The position numbers were made by a program, and so were the translations under genes. DNA of 64,000 bases from the human T2T-CHM13v2.0 reference genome, Homo sapiens: NCBI RefSeq assembly GCF_009914755.1, contig NC_060929.1. One strand, 5' to 3'. Of the stretch, positions 1-14,835 are shown piece after piece (position 1 is the stretch's first letter; each line of letters starts with the position of its first letter). The notes below the pieces were generated by a model that was not told where the DNA came from, did not search any database, and was given only the letters and a program-made list of their open reading frames with translations.

Positions 1-329
1 AGAATTACCAAGAATGACCCAAAGTTTTTCAGCTTAAGCAGCTGGAAGAATGGAGCTGCCATTAACTGAGCTAGGAAGTCTGTGGGAGGAACTGGTTGTA
101 GGGAGAGACAGAGAGAGGACCAGGAGTTCGTTTTTGGAAATATTAAAGGAAGATGATGAATAAACAATCATGTATGAGTCTGAAGCACATGAGAGAGGCC
201 TAGATGGAGGATATAAATTTAAATGGTATTTAAAACTGTGGAACTCAATGGCATCATCAAGACTTATGGTAGGCAGGGAAGAGAAGAGGTTCCAGGACCC
301 AACCCTGGGACAGTTCAACTTGCAAGGTG

Positions 330-700
330 CAAGCTGCCATGTGGGAGCTGGGTGGCTACAGTGGGTGCCCAGGTCAGAACTGAGGCTGAGGTAACAGTCG
401 AACCCTGCTCCAGGGACAGCTATCAGTAGAAGGGGGCTACCTTCTTTCAGGGACAGTATGTAGACAATGACTGGCTCATCCGGGGTGCAAAGCCCCACCC
501 CCTTACCTCAATTTACAACAACTCTGAGAGGCTTCCCTAGATCCAGAGCACCCCATGGTATCAGCTGAGGCCACTGTTTCACCTGCCTTTCTGTTCACCT
601 CTCCCTTGGCCTGCCCCTCACAAGGATGTGTTTTTTAAGAGCATTCCCATGCACAGATTTCCATTGCAGTCAATTTCCCAGGGAATCTGTCCTAAAACAG
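330..700 (+). mobile_element. Ancient ERVL solo LTR, LTR16-like
   Basis: Resembles LTR16 3' part (caactctgagaggc...cagagcaccccatgg...ctgaggcc...cccagggaatctg...aca); boundaries approximate. Confidence 0.55.
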
Positions 701-1389
701 TGGCTTTGGGGCATAGCACTTACTTTACAGTTTGCTCATTTGTCATGTGATAATTCTATCCACCTGGCAGGATTGTTGTAGAGATAACAGACTGATATGC
801 AGAGTACCTAGAGCAGTGCCTGGTTAATCACAGGCCTCAAACATGGGGAGCTACTCTCTGAGAATCAAATTTTCATTATTCCACCTTCTCAAACTTGGAA
901 GATGAGACAAGGTGCCATCAAAGTGCTCAGGAGGGCAGCCTGTCTTCTCCCTGACTCCCTTGACTACATGCAGATGCTCCTTGTACGTGCTCTGACAGTA
1001 CCCTCCACTTCTCATATCATAATTATATGTATGCTATTCTAGATTGCAGTTGCGTATTTCATTTTCTTCCACTCCTCTTTCCTGTAAGCTCCTTGCCTGC
1101 CTCCTCCATGGTTGTAGCGCCAGGGACGAGGACATTGTAGGTATTCCACAAATATTTATTGAATTGAACTGACATCTGCCTGAGTGTATGGACTGAGGCC
1201 TGGTTTGACTCTGCTGTGGGAATTATGTATAGACTGAGGCCTGGCAGAGTTTGCTCTGGGAATTATACACACAAATGACCTAATGAAAAATTTGGTCTGG
1301 TTTTCTGAAGTCCCAAGAAGACTACACATCTAACGATCCATCCATCTATCCATCACCATCCAAATTATTATATTATAGAGCATATATTT

Positions 1390-2130
1390 TTATAGAGCAC
1401 TACTCTGTCAGGCCTAGAAAGGCAATAGTGAACTAAATTGTATAGTTACGCAATAAGATAAGCAATGAACAATAAGCCCAAATAATTAAACAACCATCAA
1501 ACCTGCTGTGGAGAAAAAAACAAACAAAACAGGGAGAGAGTGGGCAGGAAACCTCATTTAGGCAGAGTCATCAGAGACTTCTAGGAAGAGAAGAAACTTA
1601 AGATGAGACCTGGAAAATGGGTAGAAGCCAGCCATGGGAAAGGCAAAAATGTTTCACACCAAGAAAGATCTTGAGAGGGGGAAAGATGTTGATGCATTAA
1701 GAAAAGGAGAGAAAGCCAGTGCGCACGGAACAGAGTGAGGGAGGTGGAGGCTAAGCTGGAATGTCCAAGGTTCACACTGAGCCTTGGACATTCCATGCAG
1801 AGCAGACACAGCCTAAGTGAATCATTCTTCGTCCCATCTAAGAGAATGAATTGCAGGGGAGCAAGGGTGTGGGTACAAGGAACTAGCTAGAGGCTGTTGG
1901 AAGAAATGATGACAGTGCAGATAGAGAAAAGGACATCTCTTCCATATGTATTTTGAAGGGGTCATGATGGGGCTTATTAATGGGGGAGATCAGGGAAAAG
2001 AGTGACTCAAGATTGGCCTTAGGTTTGGGGCTTGACCAACCAAGTGAATGGTGATGCCAGCTGCAGACATGGCAGAGGCTGAGGGAAGAGGGCAGGACGT
2101 TAGGAGGGAACTAAGAGTTCCTTTTTGGAA
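1390..2130 (-). mobile_element. LINE-2 fragment
   Basis: Purine-rich L2-like blocks (gaaacttaagatgagacctgga, tattttgaagg, aggtttggggcttg); degenerate, approximate. Confidence 0.55.
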
Positions 2131-3054
2131 ATACTACATTTTGGAAACTCCAAAGCCTGCAGTGGGACAGCCAGCTACAGTCATCTCCCTTCCTGGTTCT
2201 GTCCCAGAAAAGAACGGAGCCCAGACTCTCTTGGGATTTCCTGAAGTTCTTGGGGCCCCAAGGAATCCTGAGAAGAAAAGGCCTGCAGTGCTGGCGGTGA
2301 GTAAGCACCTAGAGAAGAGAGCATACAGCAGCATAATCTCCAGCAAAGACCAATACTCAGTGTTCTTGGGAACCAAAGCGCAGGAACTTAAACGCTGATG
2401 GCTAATGACCAGGAGGAGAGGTGATACCCAACCAGGAAAGCAGCAGCCGTCCAGCTCTTGGCACGTTGCCTTCAGTTCCATGAAGGAGGGTCCCTCATCC
2501 CACATGCCACTGGAATGGAAAGCAGATTTGAAAGCAAGCACAGGCCTGCCAGCTGAGTACCATTCAGACATCTGCCTACAATCAGGAGCCTCCTGCTCAC
2601 GACTGGCTTCGTGCTAAGAAAAGCACATTTCTTCATTGGCCACTGGTGTGTCACATCCACAAAGTATGTGTTGGGGCTTGCTGAGCTTCTGGGGGTTTAG
2701 GATGGACAAGGAGAGTGGCTGGAGCACTGTCCCCTAGCTCAAGCCTGGGGGATGCAAGAGCACTGAGACCACCAGCCACTTGTTTTCAGGCAAGTGTCAG
2801 GAGCCACTCACATCCTAAATGCCCTTTGGCTGTGAGCACCAAAGAAATCCCGCCACTGGTCAGCCTGGGTCATAGAGCCCTGGGGACCTCTCTTCTTACC
2901 ACTGTGTTTTGGCCGGTTCTCAGTGCAGCTCAAGAGTGCAGGGATAAATGAAATCTTCTATTTACTTTCACTCTACTGTGCTGGTGAGATTGTTTTCAAA
3001 CACTACCCCACCATCACTGTTTTGCCACTGTGTTAGGACTGTTCTCATTAGCCA

Positions 3055-3606
3055 TGAGAGACTTCAGAGGCAAATGGACAATGGCAAAACCATATATAGA
3101 AATTGAACTCTGACCCCCAACCTGCAGCAACCTCCCCAAGGAATCCACCCCTTATCTACAATAAACAGCCCAGGAAGCCAGCCTGCTGTAGGTCAAACCT
3201 CATAGGAAGCCACGTTGCTATCTCAAGTGGTAATCCACTAAGCTAAACAATAACCTCTGTAACAATAAGCCCCAAATGGCTAGGATTTGATGAATAACCA
3301 ACAGGCTTTCTCATTTTTATCCCTGCTTCCAACTCAGGACCAAACGGGGAAAGCCAAATAGGCGCCCCTAACCAACCGCATAGGATACCTCACTTGTAGT
3401 TGGCCTACCTGCAGTTTTGCCATGCCAACAGCCTCCAATCATTCCTGAAGCTTTCCCTTTTTTCCACTCTCAAGCTTTCCTACTCCTCTTCCCGCCTTTG
3501 AGTCTTTGCCCAAACATAAGTAATGGTTGCTGATTCCCTTGCTATAGCAAGCTCTGAGTAAATTACCTTTGCTTTTCTCATTTGGTTGGTCTGCATTTAC
3601 TTACAC
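3055..3606 (+). mobile_element. ERV1 solo LTR, MER31-like
   Basis: aaacagcccaggaagccagcc ... cttgctatagcaagctctgagtaaa...ttctcatttggttggtc...ttacaca end. Confidence 0.6.
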
Positions 3607-3679
3607 AGCCATTTATTGACTTTTCCTTTATGAATTTCCAAAAATGATTTAATAGTGCATTTGGGTAACCGTATTGAGC

Positions 3680-4166
3680 CCCAGTGTAATGGTTACAAAT
3701 TAAACTGCTGTATCAAAAACACCCCACACCATAGCCCAAATATGACAGAAGTTCAATTCTTTCCCACGTGCCTGTCTGCAGATAAGGGGTGGTCAAGGGT
3801 TTGGAGGGGAACACTATTCCTGAGGCCAGTCAGGGACACAGACTTCCTTTTCCTGGTTGCTCTACTGCTCCCTGGGATGTTATGCTCACCCATACGGTGG
3901 GAGCCGGCTCCACCCCACCATGTCTGTGTTCTGGTTACAGGAAGGAGGAAAAGAGGATGAGCTGCTTCCCTTTGAAGGATGTGATCTGGAAGTTGTACAC
4001 ATTGCTTTCTCTTACAACTGGCCAGACTTAGCCACATGACTTCAACCCGCTGCCATGGAGGCTGGGAAATGGAGTCTCTACGGGTGCCTTGCTGAAACTT
4101 GGTCTTATTACTAAAGCAGAAGGAAAGAAAGTAGATATCGGAGGGCAGTTGATGGGCTTTGCCGCA
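3680..4166 (-). mobile_element. Old MaLR LTR (MLT1J/K/L-like)
   Basis: ggaagttgtacacattgcttt...ggccagacttagccacatgac...ggaggctgggaaatggagtct signature. Confidence 0.6.
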
Positions 4167-6996
4167 CCCACATGATGCTGGATACTGAAAGATGCAAATT
4201 ATACATCCTTTTTGCCCTTGGAGGTTACCGGTCAGTGACGATTCATGTATAGGGTGAAGACTAGATCTTCTAGCCAGGCATTTAAGGCCTGCCACACCGA
4301 TTACCACACTTATCCTTTCTCCAAAGATCCCCCTTCCCTTCTGTGTGCTCCTGCCAAACACGGCCATCCTGCCCTGCCTGCCCCAACCCAAGCCATCTTG
4401 CTCCTTGTACTGTGGATAAGAGCCATTTCCAAATTCAAATTAACTCTTTTACAACATGTATTCCATCCGATTATTTAATGAGTTTTAAAGCCCTGCCCCT
4501 CCATGCTGGTGAGGATGAGGGAGAGGGTGGCGGAGATTTCCCCACCATGGCACTGACTTCACGGTGTTGTCACTAATTCTTCATTGTCTGCTCTTTTGCC
4601 TAATTGTGAATTCAGCCAGGAACAACAGCCCAAATTTTCCAGGTGCTGTCATTGGAGAAAAGTCTCTCCATACAATGTGGACTGCTCTTAACTAACCCTC
4701 TTATTCACCTGAGGGCAGTCCCTGCGAGTCCAGACAGAGCACTTTGGAGGAATGATGGAGAGGTTTAAGCTCATCACATCACAATCTATGTGAACCAACT
4801 AGAATATCACAATCTCTGAGAAGCTCCTGGGGTGCCCATACATGAATTAAAGCTTCTCCCCTGTAGAAAGGGGGCAGCTCTCAGGTCCATGAGGTCTGGC
4901 CACTGGCATGTGACTTTGATGTGTTAAGCCTGTCCCTTGGAACAGCTTGTTCTGTAGCTTATTTTGACTTGTCACAGACTAATCCCCTCCCTTTAGATCC
5001 CATCTCTGAATTCACAGCCATTCCGGGGATTCAGTGGTCTCTGCTCATCCCACCACCACGGAACTTCAAGCCAGGCCATCTCAGGCCTGTGTGGGTCCTG
5101 AGTGGTTTGGAATCTCTTCAAATCAATGAAAGATTTATTCAACATCTATTTAGAGAAGAAGACTAATGAGCAGCTCTGTGTGGCAGACTGGTGAATATGG
5201 AGGCTTCCTGGTGGTGGCATTCTGCCTCTCATCTATGGGTGTAAGCAGTTCAGCTCTGGCCTCAGCTTGCATCCTCTGCTCGGGCAATAAGCCCTTCGTG
5301 TAAGTTTTACTTGAAAAAGCCCCTTAACTATCTCAACATCTCCCCTTTAATTACCCTCCAGCAGCTGATGAAGTGATTGTTCCATTTCTCTTCCTGAAAA
5401 AGAGCTATGGGAAATACTATTTTCTCCATCCCATTCCATTTCCAGGAATCTTTTAACATATTTTATAGATTGCTGCCATGCCCCTAACCCAGATCTCACC
5501 TCAGACAGCTTAGCTTCGCTACTGCTCCCTCGGCCTGGCTGCACAGCCCTGCCCCACCAGCGCCAGCCAGAGCTAATGCCTCTTCTGTTTCTCCTACTCC
5601 CAGCCCAGCCTGGGAGCCTAGACTTGCGATTGTCTTCCTTCCATCATGTACTACCTTGGCAGATGGGTGGGAAAACTGAGCAGGAAAAAATCACCTGTAT
5701 ATTATGCCTCCTGGCCTCCAAAGAAGCAAATTAGGGTTTTAAAATAGGTCAAACTGGGCTTGAGGAGGAGTGGGAAGACTGCCAATTACAATCTCTCAAC
5801 TCAAGGTTGCTTGTTAAAAAAAAAAACAAAAAAACTAAACAAAACTGGAACTGTTTCCATTTTTAAACAAAGTGAACTTTTGATGTTAATTCTGACCTTA
5901 AAAAAAAGGAAAAAGAGAAAGAAAAGAGATGTCTTTCTCCTCATGATTTCAATTTCAAGAGTTGTGTGAAATCAAGCCCTCAATAGTGCTAGGGTGTAGG
6001 GTGGAGGCATTTTCTGATTCACATCAGCCCCCAGCTGCTTGAGGATTGTGAAACCCTGCCTGAGTTTCCACAGCACACCAAATCCACAGCCTTCTCTGGC
6101 TCTCCCTTCAAGCTCTCCCCAGCTCTATCTACGTAGTCTCAGTAATTTGGGGTGGAAGTTATTTAGCAGTTTCCTTACAATTAAATGATTACATTGTTCA
6201 TATTTCCACACCTGCAAATACCCGAGAGAGTCCCAATCTATTTCAATTATCCCACTTATTAGCATTTCCAGCTTTTCCCATTTGCTAATAAGAACCGGAG
6301 CTCTGGGTTGAGGTAATCCCTTCAGAAGTTAAATCATTTTGTGTATTCAGTAACCAGTCTGGGATTATGACCACACTCCACTGACATAACAGAAACATAA
6401 AGATGATGAATAGAAGTTGCATGCTTTGCAACTGCAGAAAATAATTTTGGCTTATCCGTCTCTCCAAACAGACTATATATAATTTTTAATATCTGAATTT
6501 TAAAGGCAAAGACCAAGATGGTTGAGGATTTGTTAATGACAACATATTTAGTATAAATACTGCTCTATGAATCACTATACTGGTAGGAGCAGGAAGAAGT
6601 GGGGAGATGGATAAGAGAAAACTGGAGAGTAGGTGGGAGAAAAAGAGGAATGTGTGGGCTGTTTGAGAATGTTTCAGGCAAGCACCTGGGATAAGGTGCG
6701 TCTCAAACCCATGCTGATTCTTCATCATGGTGAGTAGGGTGCTAGCATTTCCCCCTTGTCCACCCCCTTCCCTGCCCCACCCACCACCACACGGAGATGT
6801 CAGACTTCCATTGAGGCAGGGGTGTGCTATGTCTTCTGGTTCTTCCAGGAGCCCATGAAATTATATACCTTTCAACACTAGTGCTGCAGGGATATGCACC
6901 CAGCAAAGAGGGAAGGCGGGAGTAGTGACTCATTCATGATGAAATTTTTACAAGTCTAAAGTGAAGTGAGACAAACAAGAATAATTATTTATATGT

Positions 6997-7072
6997 GGAT
7001 AGATAGATAGATGGATAGATGGATGAAAGGATAGGTAGATGGATGGATGGACAGGGAGAGACAGAGAGAGAG
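6997..7072. repeat. Compound (GATA)n/(GGAT)n/(GA)n microsatellite
   Basis: Directly visible. Confidence 0.85.
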
Positions 7073-7111
7073 AATGAAATTGCTAACACATTTTGGGAAA
7101 AAAACAATTGA

Positions 7112-7495
<384 letters not shown>

Positions 7496-7554
7496 TAATC
7501 TGTCATTTGGCAAAATTAAAAGTTGACTCCCTATGTAGGTCCCCTCTTGACTTG

Positions 7555-7890
<336 letters not shown>

Positions 7891-8379
7891 TGAGAAACCA
7901 CTGGCCTAGAGTTCCATTTATCAGTGGGCTTAATGGGCCTGGGCCCTCCAGAGGGCACAAACACCCAGATGTCCTCTGAGCTTGATTGGAGGATGCCTCA
8001 CCCTGCCTTTGATCGTTTTCTTTGGTGAAGGCAGCCATTTGGCATTCTTTGAAAATGAAGTTTACAAAAAGACTAATTAAGCTCCAGGGAAGCAAAGGGA
8101 CCTCAACCACAAAGCGCAGCTGAATGCTTCTGCCATACATTACAATATTAGAGAAAAGTGAGGATTTAGCAAGTTCTCTTTCTTACAGAATCATGATGAG
8201 GCCAGGTTGATAGGGGAATTGCTTTTATATTTGATTTCCTTGGTGGGCCGCCTAAACTGTTTGAATACTTAAAGATAATTGCCCAAGCAATGTATCACAA
8301 AAAGGTGTTTCTTTTTTATTGTTTGTGTGTCTCACAGTGGCCAATGCAGATATACTCTTAGCCATATGAATCCAGTATC

Positions 8380-8740
8380 TACTGCCACGATAGCAACTGC
8401 ATAACAACCAACCACAAAACCTCAGTGGGCACAGGTTTGCTCACAAGTTTGCAGACAAGGTGATTTAAGTTGGGCTCAGATGGGCGGTCCTTCTGGTCCC
8501 TGCTGAGCTTGCTCACCCAGCTCCGACTAAGAAGACTCAGCTCTGCTGCCCCTAGGTCTTGCTCCTTGAGGCTAGCTTGGGCATGTTCTGGTAATGACTG
8601 CTGAGGAGCAAGGGAGTGAGTGCAAAGGCACAGACACTCTTGCCAGCCTCTGCTAGTCTCCCATTTGCTAACATTCCACCAACTAAAGCAAGCCATATAA
8701 CTTGGTCCAGGAACAGAGGGAGGGGGTGCTATGGAGTTAC
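8380..8740 (-). mobile_element. MaLR MLT1 fragment
   Basis: tgcataacaaccaaccacaaaacctcagtgg...ctaacattccaccaactaaagcaagccat; approximate. Confidence 0.5.
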
Positions 8741-8785
8741 CAGGCAAAAGAGGTAGACACAGGGAGGGGTAAGGAATCGGGACCA

Positions 8786-9079
8786 TTTTTTTTTTTCTTT
8801 CTTTTGAGACAGAGTTTCACTTTTCTTGCCCGGGCTGGAGTGCAATCTTGGCTCACCGCAACTTCTGCCTCCTGTGTTCAAGCGATTCTCCTGCCTCAGC
8901 CTCCCGAGTAGCTGGGATTACAGGCATGCACCACCACGCCCAGCTAATTTTGTATTTTTAGTAGAGACGGGGTTTCTCCATGTTGGTCAGGCTGGTCTTG
9001 AACTCCTGACCTTAGGTGATCCGCCCACCTCGGCATCCCAAAGTGCTAGAATTACAGGCGTAAGCCACCACGTGCTGCC
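8786..9079 (-). mobile_element. AluS
   Basis: Full dimer; TSD gaatcgggaccatt/gaattgggactatt. Confidence 0.93.
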
Positions 9080-9729
9080 AGAATTGGGACTATTAAAGCT
9101 ATCAATCATGCTACACTTGTTAGGTTCCTATTAAATGTGAATCTGAATTTGGGAAGGCACAGAAGTCTTAAAAACTACACTTTTTTTTTTTTCACTTCTC
9201 TGCCACCCGCTGTGCTCCCCTAACAGGCAGAACCATGAAGCTTGCATAAGGTGATGGAAGTGTTTGTGGATAATTATTCACCAATAACAACCACAAACAC
9301 CTCCCTGCAATCCCTCAAGATATGGAGAGGAGATGCAGCCTTCTATTGCTGTTTTTGTGAAATAAAGGTGTCCTTCCCATCCCTACACACCAACATTTGC
9401 AAAGTGTTTACACACAAAGCTGAATCAAGCAGCACATCTGTTGCCAGTCTTCCACAGCTGTGTTATTGTAGCAGCACGGTTGCCTCTCCACCTTCCACCA
9501 CCCTCAGCAGAATCCTTGAGTGCCTAGAGGCTGGGCGACAGCATTGTTGAGCGGAGAAGCTACTCCAGGGGTGGAGAGAACAGCGTGGAGGGCACGGGGC
9601 CTCATGGAGCAATGCGCCATTTGGATTTGGTCTCAGGTTCTGTCACTTCCTGGCTCAGGGTCTTGGGTCTCTTTGATTTCTAGTAAGTGTAGCCAAACTC
9701 AAACAAGGTTAAGATAAGGGGGTGTCTCA

Positions 9730-10027
<298 letters not shown>

Positions 10028-10462
10028 GAGTAGGACCACAGCTGAGCCTCAGGAAGGAAGCTTATCAGGAAATGACAGGAAAGAGCAGGGCATGCTCTTG
10101 GCTTTTTGTCACCACCTCCCTCTGGGTCTTCTTCACTAGCTCCTGCCCTTGTGGCAGGCAGGCAGGCAGGCAGGAGACTGTGGCCTCACAACTCCTGGAC
10201 ATACGCATTATAGGTCCAACTGCATGTGAATCATGACTATCAGTCTCAAATCCAGTTTCCTGGGGAAAAAAATCTGACTGGCTTCACTTGGGCCAGGTTT
10301 CCACTCCTGCACCAAGATGCCCCAACATGGGACAAACAGTGCTGCTATGGACCCAAACCAGTTTCCAAAGAGGGTGGATTCACTGTTAGCAGGACAGACG
10401 ACCCCAGGTACGCCATAATCCTGAGCAAGTGATTTAGCCCCTCAGAGCCTGTTTCCTATGTG

Positions 10463-10978
10463 TGTCGGGGCTCACAAAAGGCTACCCCAAAATACAGCAC
10501 CCTGGAAATTTAGAAAACAGCAGGGGCAGAAAGATCACTCTGATAGTCCCCCACCGTTCTGTGTGAGAGCAGGCCATAAAGGACTTCTTTGACCTACCTT
10601 CCCCGAAAGTAGAGTGGTAAGCCCCTCATATGATAAGTGTCTTGCCTTATACTCAGAGGATAGCCTGTCTGCTACACAGGGAGGCCAAGAAGATTCTGAA
10701 CAAACAGGATTTGTTAGGTTCCCCCCAGCTTATTACCATTAGATCATACTCTTCTAGTCCAATCATATCTCTATACAACTGTCCATTTTCCACCAAACCT
10801 AAGTGTACAGTTTTCCCTGGACCTTTGGGTCTTCATTTCTGAAGTTTCTGTGTCATGTAAAACTTTGTTTAAATAAGTTTGTTATGCTTTTCTCTAGTTA
10901 ATCTGACTTTTATTATGGGAGTGTTAGCTATGACCTTTGCAATGGGGGAAGAAAAGGTATTACTTTTTCTCCCTTACA
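10463..10978 (+). mobile_element. ERV1 solo LTR, MER34/MER39 family, inserted into a MIR
   Basis: TG...CA ends; taccccaaaata, gaggccaagaagattctgaacaaacagg, cattagatcatac motifs; flanks (cagagcctgtttcct / gtaaaatggagat) join into a MIR core. Confidence 0.7.
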
Positions 10979-11508
10979 TCCGTAAAATGGAGATGTTAGA
11001 AGTTATCTCTCTAGACTGTTGTGAAAATTAAATAATTTCAAAGCATTAACAAAAGGAAATCAAATAATAAACCAATAAAGACAAACACCTCTTTGTGAAC
11101 TACAAAACACTACAAAATGTTAATTTAATATATCTTTTATATAAGTCCTTTTATTCAGATTCTGTGAAACTACTGAAAATATAAGAATGAATAGATCTAA
11201 GATCAGGCAGGAATACCCAGAGGGACCTGTTGCTGCTTCTAGATCCTTGGTACATTTATTCCAGCCATTCCCAAAAACGAAAGTGACTTATCCAAAGCTA
11301 TAGAAAATATGTTTAAATTATCTTTAGTTTTTTCTAACTATGGAATAGTATGTCTTTACTGTAAGCATCAAATAATATAGAAAAATATTGAAATGTACTC
11401 AATAATAAGTAAAATATCTCTCATCATTCACTCCTGCCCTAACCATGAGAAACTCCAACAACAACACTGTTACAGTTTGGCATTTATCCTTGTATGTGGT
11501 TTTTATGC

Positions 11509-11512
<4 letters not shown>

Positions 11513-11543
<31 letters not shown>
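11513..11543. repeat. (CA)n microsatellite
   Basis: Directly visible. Confidence 0.95.
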
Positions 11544-11545
<2 letters not shown>

Positions 11546-12581
11546 GATGCTGGTTTTCCCTACAAATGGAGTCACACAATACACACTTTTTTGAACTTTT
11601 TATTATCTCTTCCCATGTCAGTATATATAGGGTCTAGTAATCTATAACCACTGCTTAGTACTACTTTGAATGACTGTACCTCAAAGTATCTGTTGTTAGA
11701 TAGATAGATACTGCTAGAGGACATTAAAGTCAAAACCAAAACTTGTTTTAAAACCAAAACTTGTTTTTTTTTTTTAAACCTTTTTGTTTTTTCAGAACAT
11801 TCCAAAAGCTTGTGGAAAATAGGGAAGTAGTAGGAAACCCCCACAGAGGCAAAGGCAAAATCAAATGCAATCCCTCACCTGGTAGGTGGCTGAGCCATGA
11901 CAAGATGCCTGGCCCATTGCAGTGCTGGTCCACCCCGTTAGAACCTCAGGGCTCAATGAATTCATGTTGAAAATATAGTGGCTTCAATGTATCTTCACAT
12001 GTCAGAGTTCAGAATAGTATCAAGACATGTTTAAAGACTTAGTGCAAACGACTAGGCTGGAGGTTTCCACACATTGGGATATCTTTTTTCTGATATCTAC
12101 AAATCCATCCAAAATTCATACTCTGAATCAGATGGGCTATAAAGAGAGACAATTTAGCACTGTGTCAAGATGGGCCTTCTCTCCACCTGCCAGGACCCTT
12201 CCCAGGAAGCAGAGCATTTACTCAATTTCTCTCCGGCACATTTTCTTTACCAAACCCAGATAACAGAAGAGGTTTCTGGTAAGGCAGAGAAAAGCGAGTG
12301 ATGCTGTTAACATTGTATCCACCAGAGTGATGCTAAAAGAGAAGCAACCTCATCCACAGCCAATATGTGTTGAGTGCCTGCCATACGCCTAGCCTTGCTA
12401 TAGGCACTTGGGATTCAGCTTCCCAACTTACGGAGTTTCCATTCTATTGGGGAATATAGGCAAAAGAGAAATTAAAAGGTATGTTATATGGTATGTTTTA
12501 AATGATAAATGTTGGGAACAAAATAAATCAGGAAAGGGGTAGAGAGCACTGAGGTTGGAGGTTCCCTGTTTTCCATAGATG

Positions 12582-13324
12582 GTATATTCATTTCCTAGGG
12601 GTGCCTTAAAGTACCACCAACAGGGTGGCTTTAAAACCACGGAAATGTATTCTCTCACAGTTCTGGAAGCTAGAAGTCAGAAATGACAGTGTTCAAGGGC
12701 CATGCTCCCTCCAGAACCTCTAGGGGAGAATCCTTCTCTGCCTCCTCTAGCTTCTGGAGGTTGCAGTAGCCCTAGATGTTCTTGGCTTGTTGACAGAGTA
12801 ACTCCAGTCTCTGCCTCCACTGTCACATGGCCTTCATCCCTTTGTGTCTGTGTCCAAATTTCCCCCTTTTTAGAAGGATACCAGTCATTAGATTTAGGGC
12901 TCACCCTAATCCAATGACTTCAACTTAATTACATCTCCAAAGACCCTATTTTTTTTTTTTTTTTTTTGAGACAGAGTCTTGCTCTGTCACCCAGACTGGA
13001 GCAGTGGCACGATCTGGGCTCACTGCAACCTACACCTCCCGGGTTTGTGCCTCAGCCTCCCGAGTAGGTGGGATTACAGGTATGCATCACCATCTCTGGC
13101 TAATTTTGGTATTTTTAGTAGAGATGGTATTTTATCATGTGGGCCAGGCTGGTCTTGAACTCTTGACCTCAGGTGATCTGCCCACCTTGGCCTCCCAAAC
13201 TGCTGGGATTACAGGCCTGAGCCACTGCTCCTGGCTAAAGACCCTATTTTCATATTTATAGGTACTGGGTATTAGGACTTTGACACATCTTTTGGCGGGT
13301 GAGGGGGACACATTCAACCCACAA
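12582..13324 (-). mobile_element. MaLR LTR (MLT1B/C-like) interrupted by an Alu
   Basis: tattctctcacagttctggaagctagaagtc...ccatgctccctc...ttagggctcaccctaatcca...cacattcaacccaca. Confidence 0.75.
12949..13236 (-). mobile_element. AluS nested in MLT1
   Basis: TSD aaagaccctattt on both sides. Confidence 0.93.
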
Positions 13325-13645
13325 TTGTTGTTAGGACTGTGTCACTGAGAGGGTGACAGCTGAGCAAAGTCAAACGAAGGGAGGGAATAAATTATGCAGC
13401 TATCATTAAGGAAAGAACTCCAGGCAGAGAGAATAGCAAGTGCACAGGCTTGGAGGCGTGACTCCAAGGATGGTGACTGGAATGTTCACAGAGCAGCTCG
13501 TTGGCTATGGTGGCTAGAACAGCATGGACATGGACGAGAGGAAAAGGTGGCGAGTTCAGAGAGGAAACTGGGTGGCACTGGCTTATGCTGGGTAGGGTTT
13601 TGGGCCGAGTGACAGGATCTGATGTACATTTCAAAAGGTTCTCTT

Positions 13646-13962
13646 GGCCGGGCGAGGTGGCTCACGCCTGTAATCCCAGCACTTTGGGAGGCCGAGGTGG
13701 GCAGATCACTTGAGGTCAGGAGTTCAAGACCAGCCTGGCCAATATATAGTGAAACCCCGTCTCTACTAAAAAAATACAAAAATTAGCTGGATGTGGTGGT
13801 ACACGCCTGTAGTCCCAGCTACTTGGGAAGCTTAGGCAGGAGAATCGCTTGAACCCAGGAGGTGGAGGTTGCTGTGAGCCAAGATTGTGCCACTGCACTC
13901 CAGCCTGGGTGACAGAGCAAGACTCCATGTCTCAGAATGTCTTTAAAAAAAAAAAAAAAAAA
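13646..13962 (+). mobile_element. AluS
   Basis: Full dimer plus A tail; imperfect TSD aaaaggttctctt/aaaaggctttctt. Confidence 0.93.
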
Positions 13963-14525
13963 GGCTTTCTTGCTTGCTGCCGTGTTAAGAGTAATTGAAG
14001 GGGGAGAGAGTGGAAACAGGGAGACTAGTAATTAATGGAAAGGTTGGTTTGCCTTTAGTTGTTTTGCTTGGAGGCACCTGAAGAAGCTAAAGCTGCTCTC
14101 AATATTCTGATCCATCGAGGGAAAATATAAACAATCTCAGTAACATCTCCGAAGATGTGATCCCTGAGAACCAGGACCTTGGACAATAGAGAACTTGGCC
14201 CACAGACCACAGATAGAAGTAAGACAGGGCGACCAGGGGTTCCCAGGTGTCTGTCCAGGAGAGATTCGATGCCAATTCACTGAGACAAATGAGAGAGATC
14301 TGTAGCTAGAATGTCTGTTCCACAAGGACAGGGATCTTTGCTTTAATTCTAACACAGAGCCAAGTATCTGACACATGGTAGGCACTTAACAAATATTTGT
14401 TGACTGATTGACTCAATGGGAAGTAAAGAGCTCTTTTTCTCTCCTATCCCTGGACTCCATATGTGCTTGATTAATAATAGTAAAGTTTTTTTTCTAGAAT
14501 GGACAGTTAAAGGTAACTAAGACCT

Positions 14526-14835
14526 GCCCGGGCACAGTGGCTCAAGCCTGTAATCCCAGCACTCTGGGAGGCCAAGGTGGGTGAATCGCTTGAGGCCAGG
14601 AATTAGAGACCTGCCTGGGCAACATGGTGAAACCCCGTCTCTACTAGAAATACAAAAAAATTAGCCGAGCATGGTGGCATGTGCCTGCAGTTCCAGCTAC
14701 TCAGGAGGCTGAGGCACGAGAATCAGTTAAACTCAGGTGGCAGAGGCTGCAGTGAGCCGAGATTGAGCCACTGCACCCCAGCTTGGGTGACAGAGTGAGA
14801 CTCTGCCTTAAAAAAAAAAAAAGAGAGAGAGAGAA
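14526..14835 (+). mobile_element. Alu
   Basis: Full dimer; TSD aactaagacct at 14515-14525 and 14836-14846. Confidence 0.93.

Noticed and set aside
2249-2262. Perfect 14-bp palindrome CTTGGGGCCCCAAG
   Set aside because: About four such palindromes expected by chance in 64 kb (64000/4^7)
3753-4391. 212-aa minus-strand ORF
   Set aside because: Largely overlaps a MaLR LTR; no protein family features
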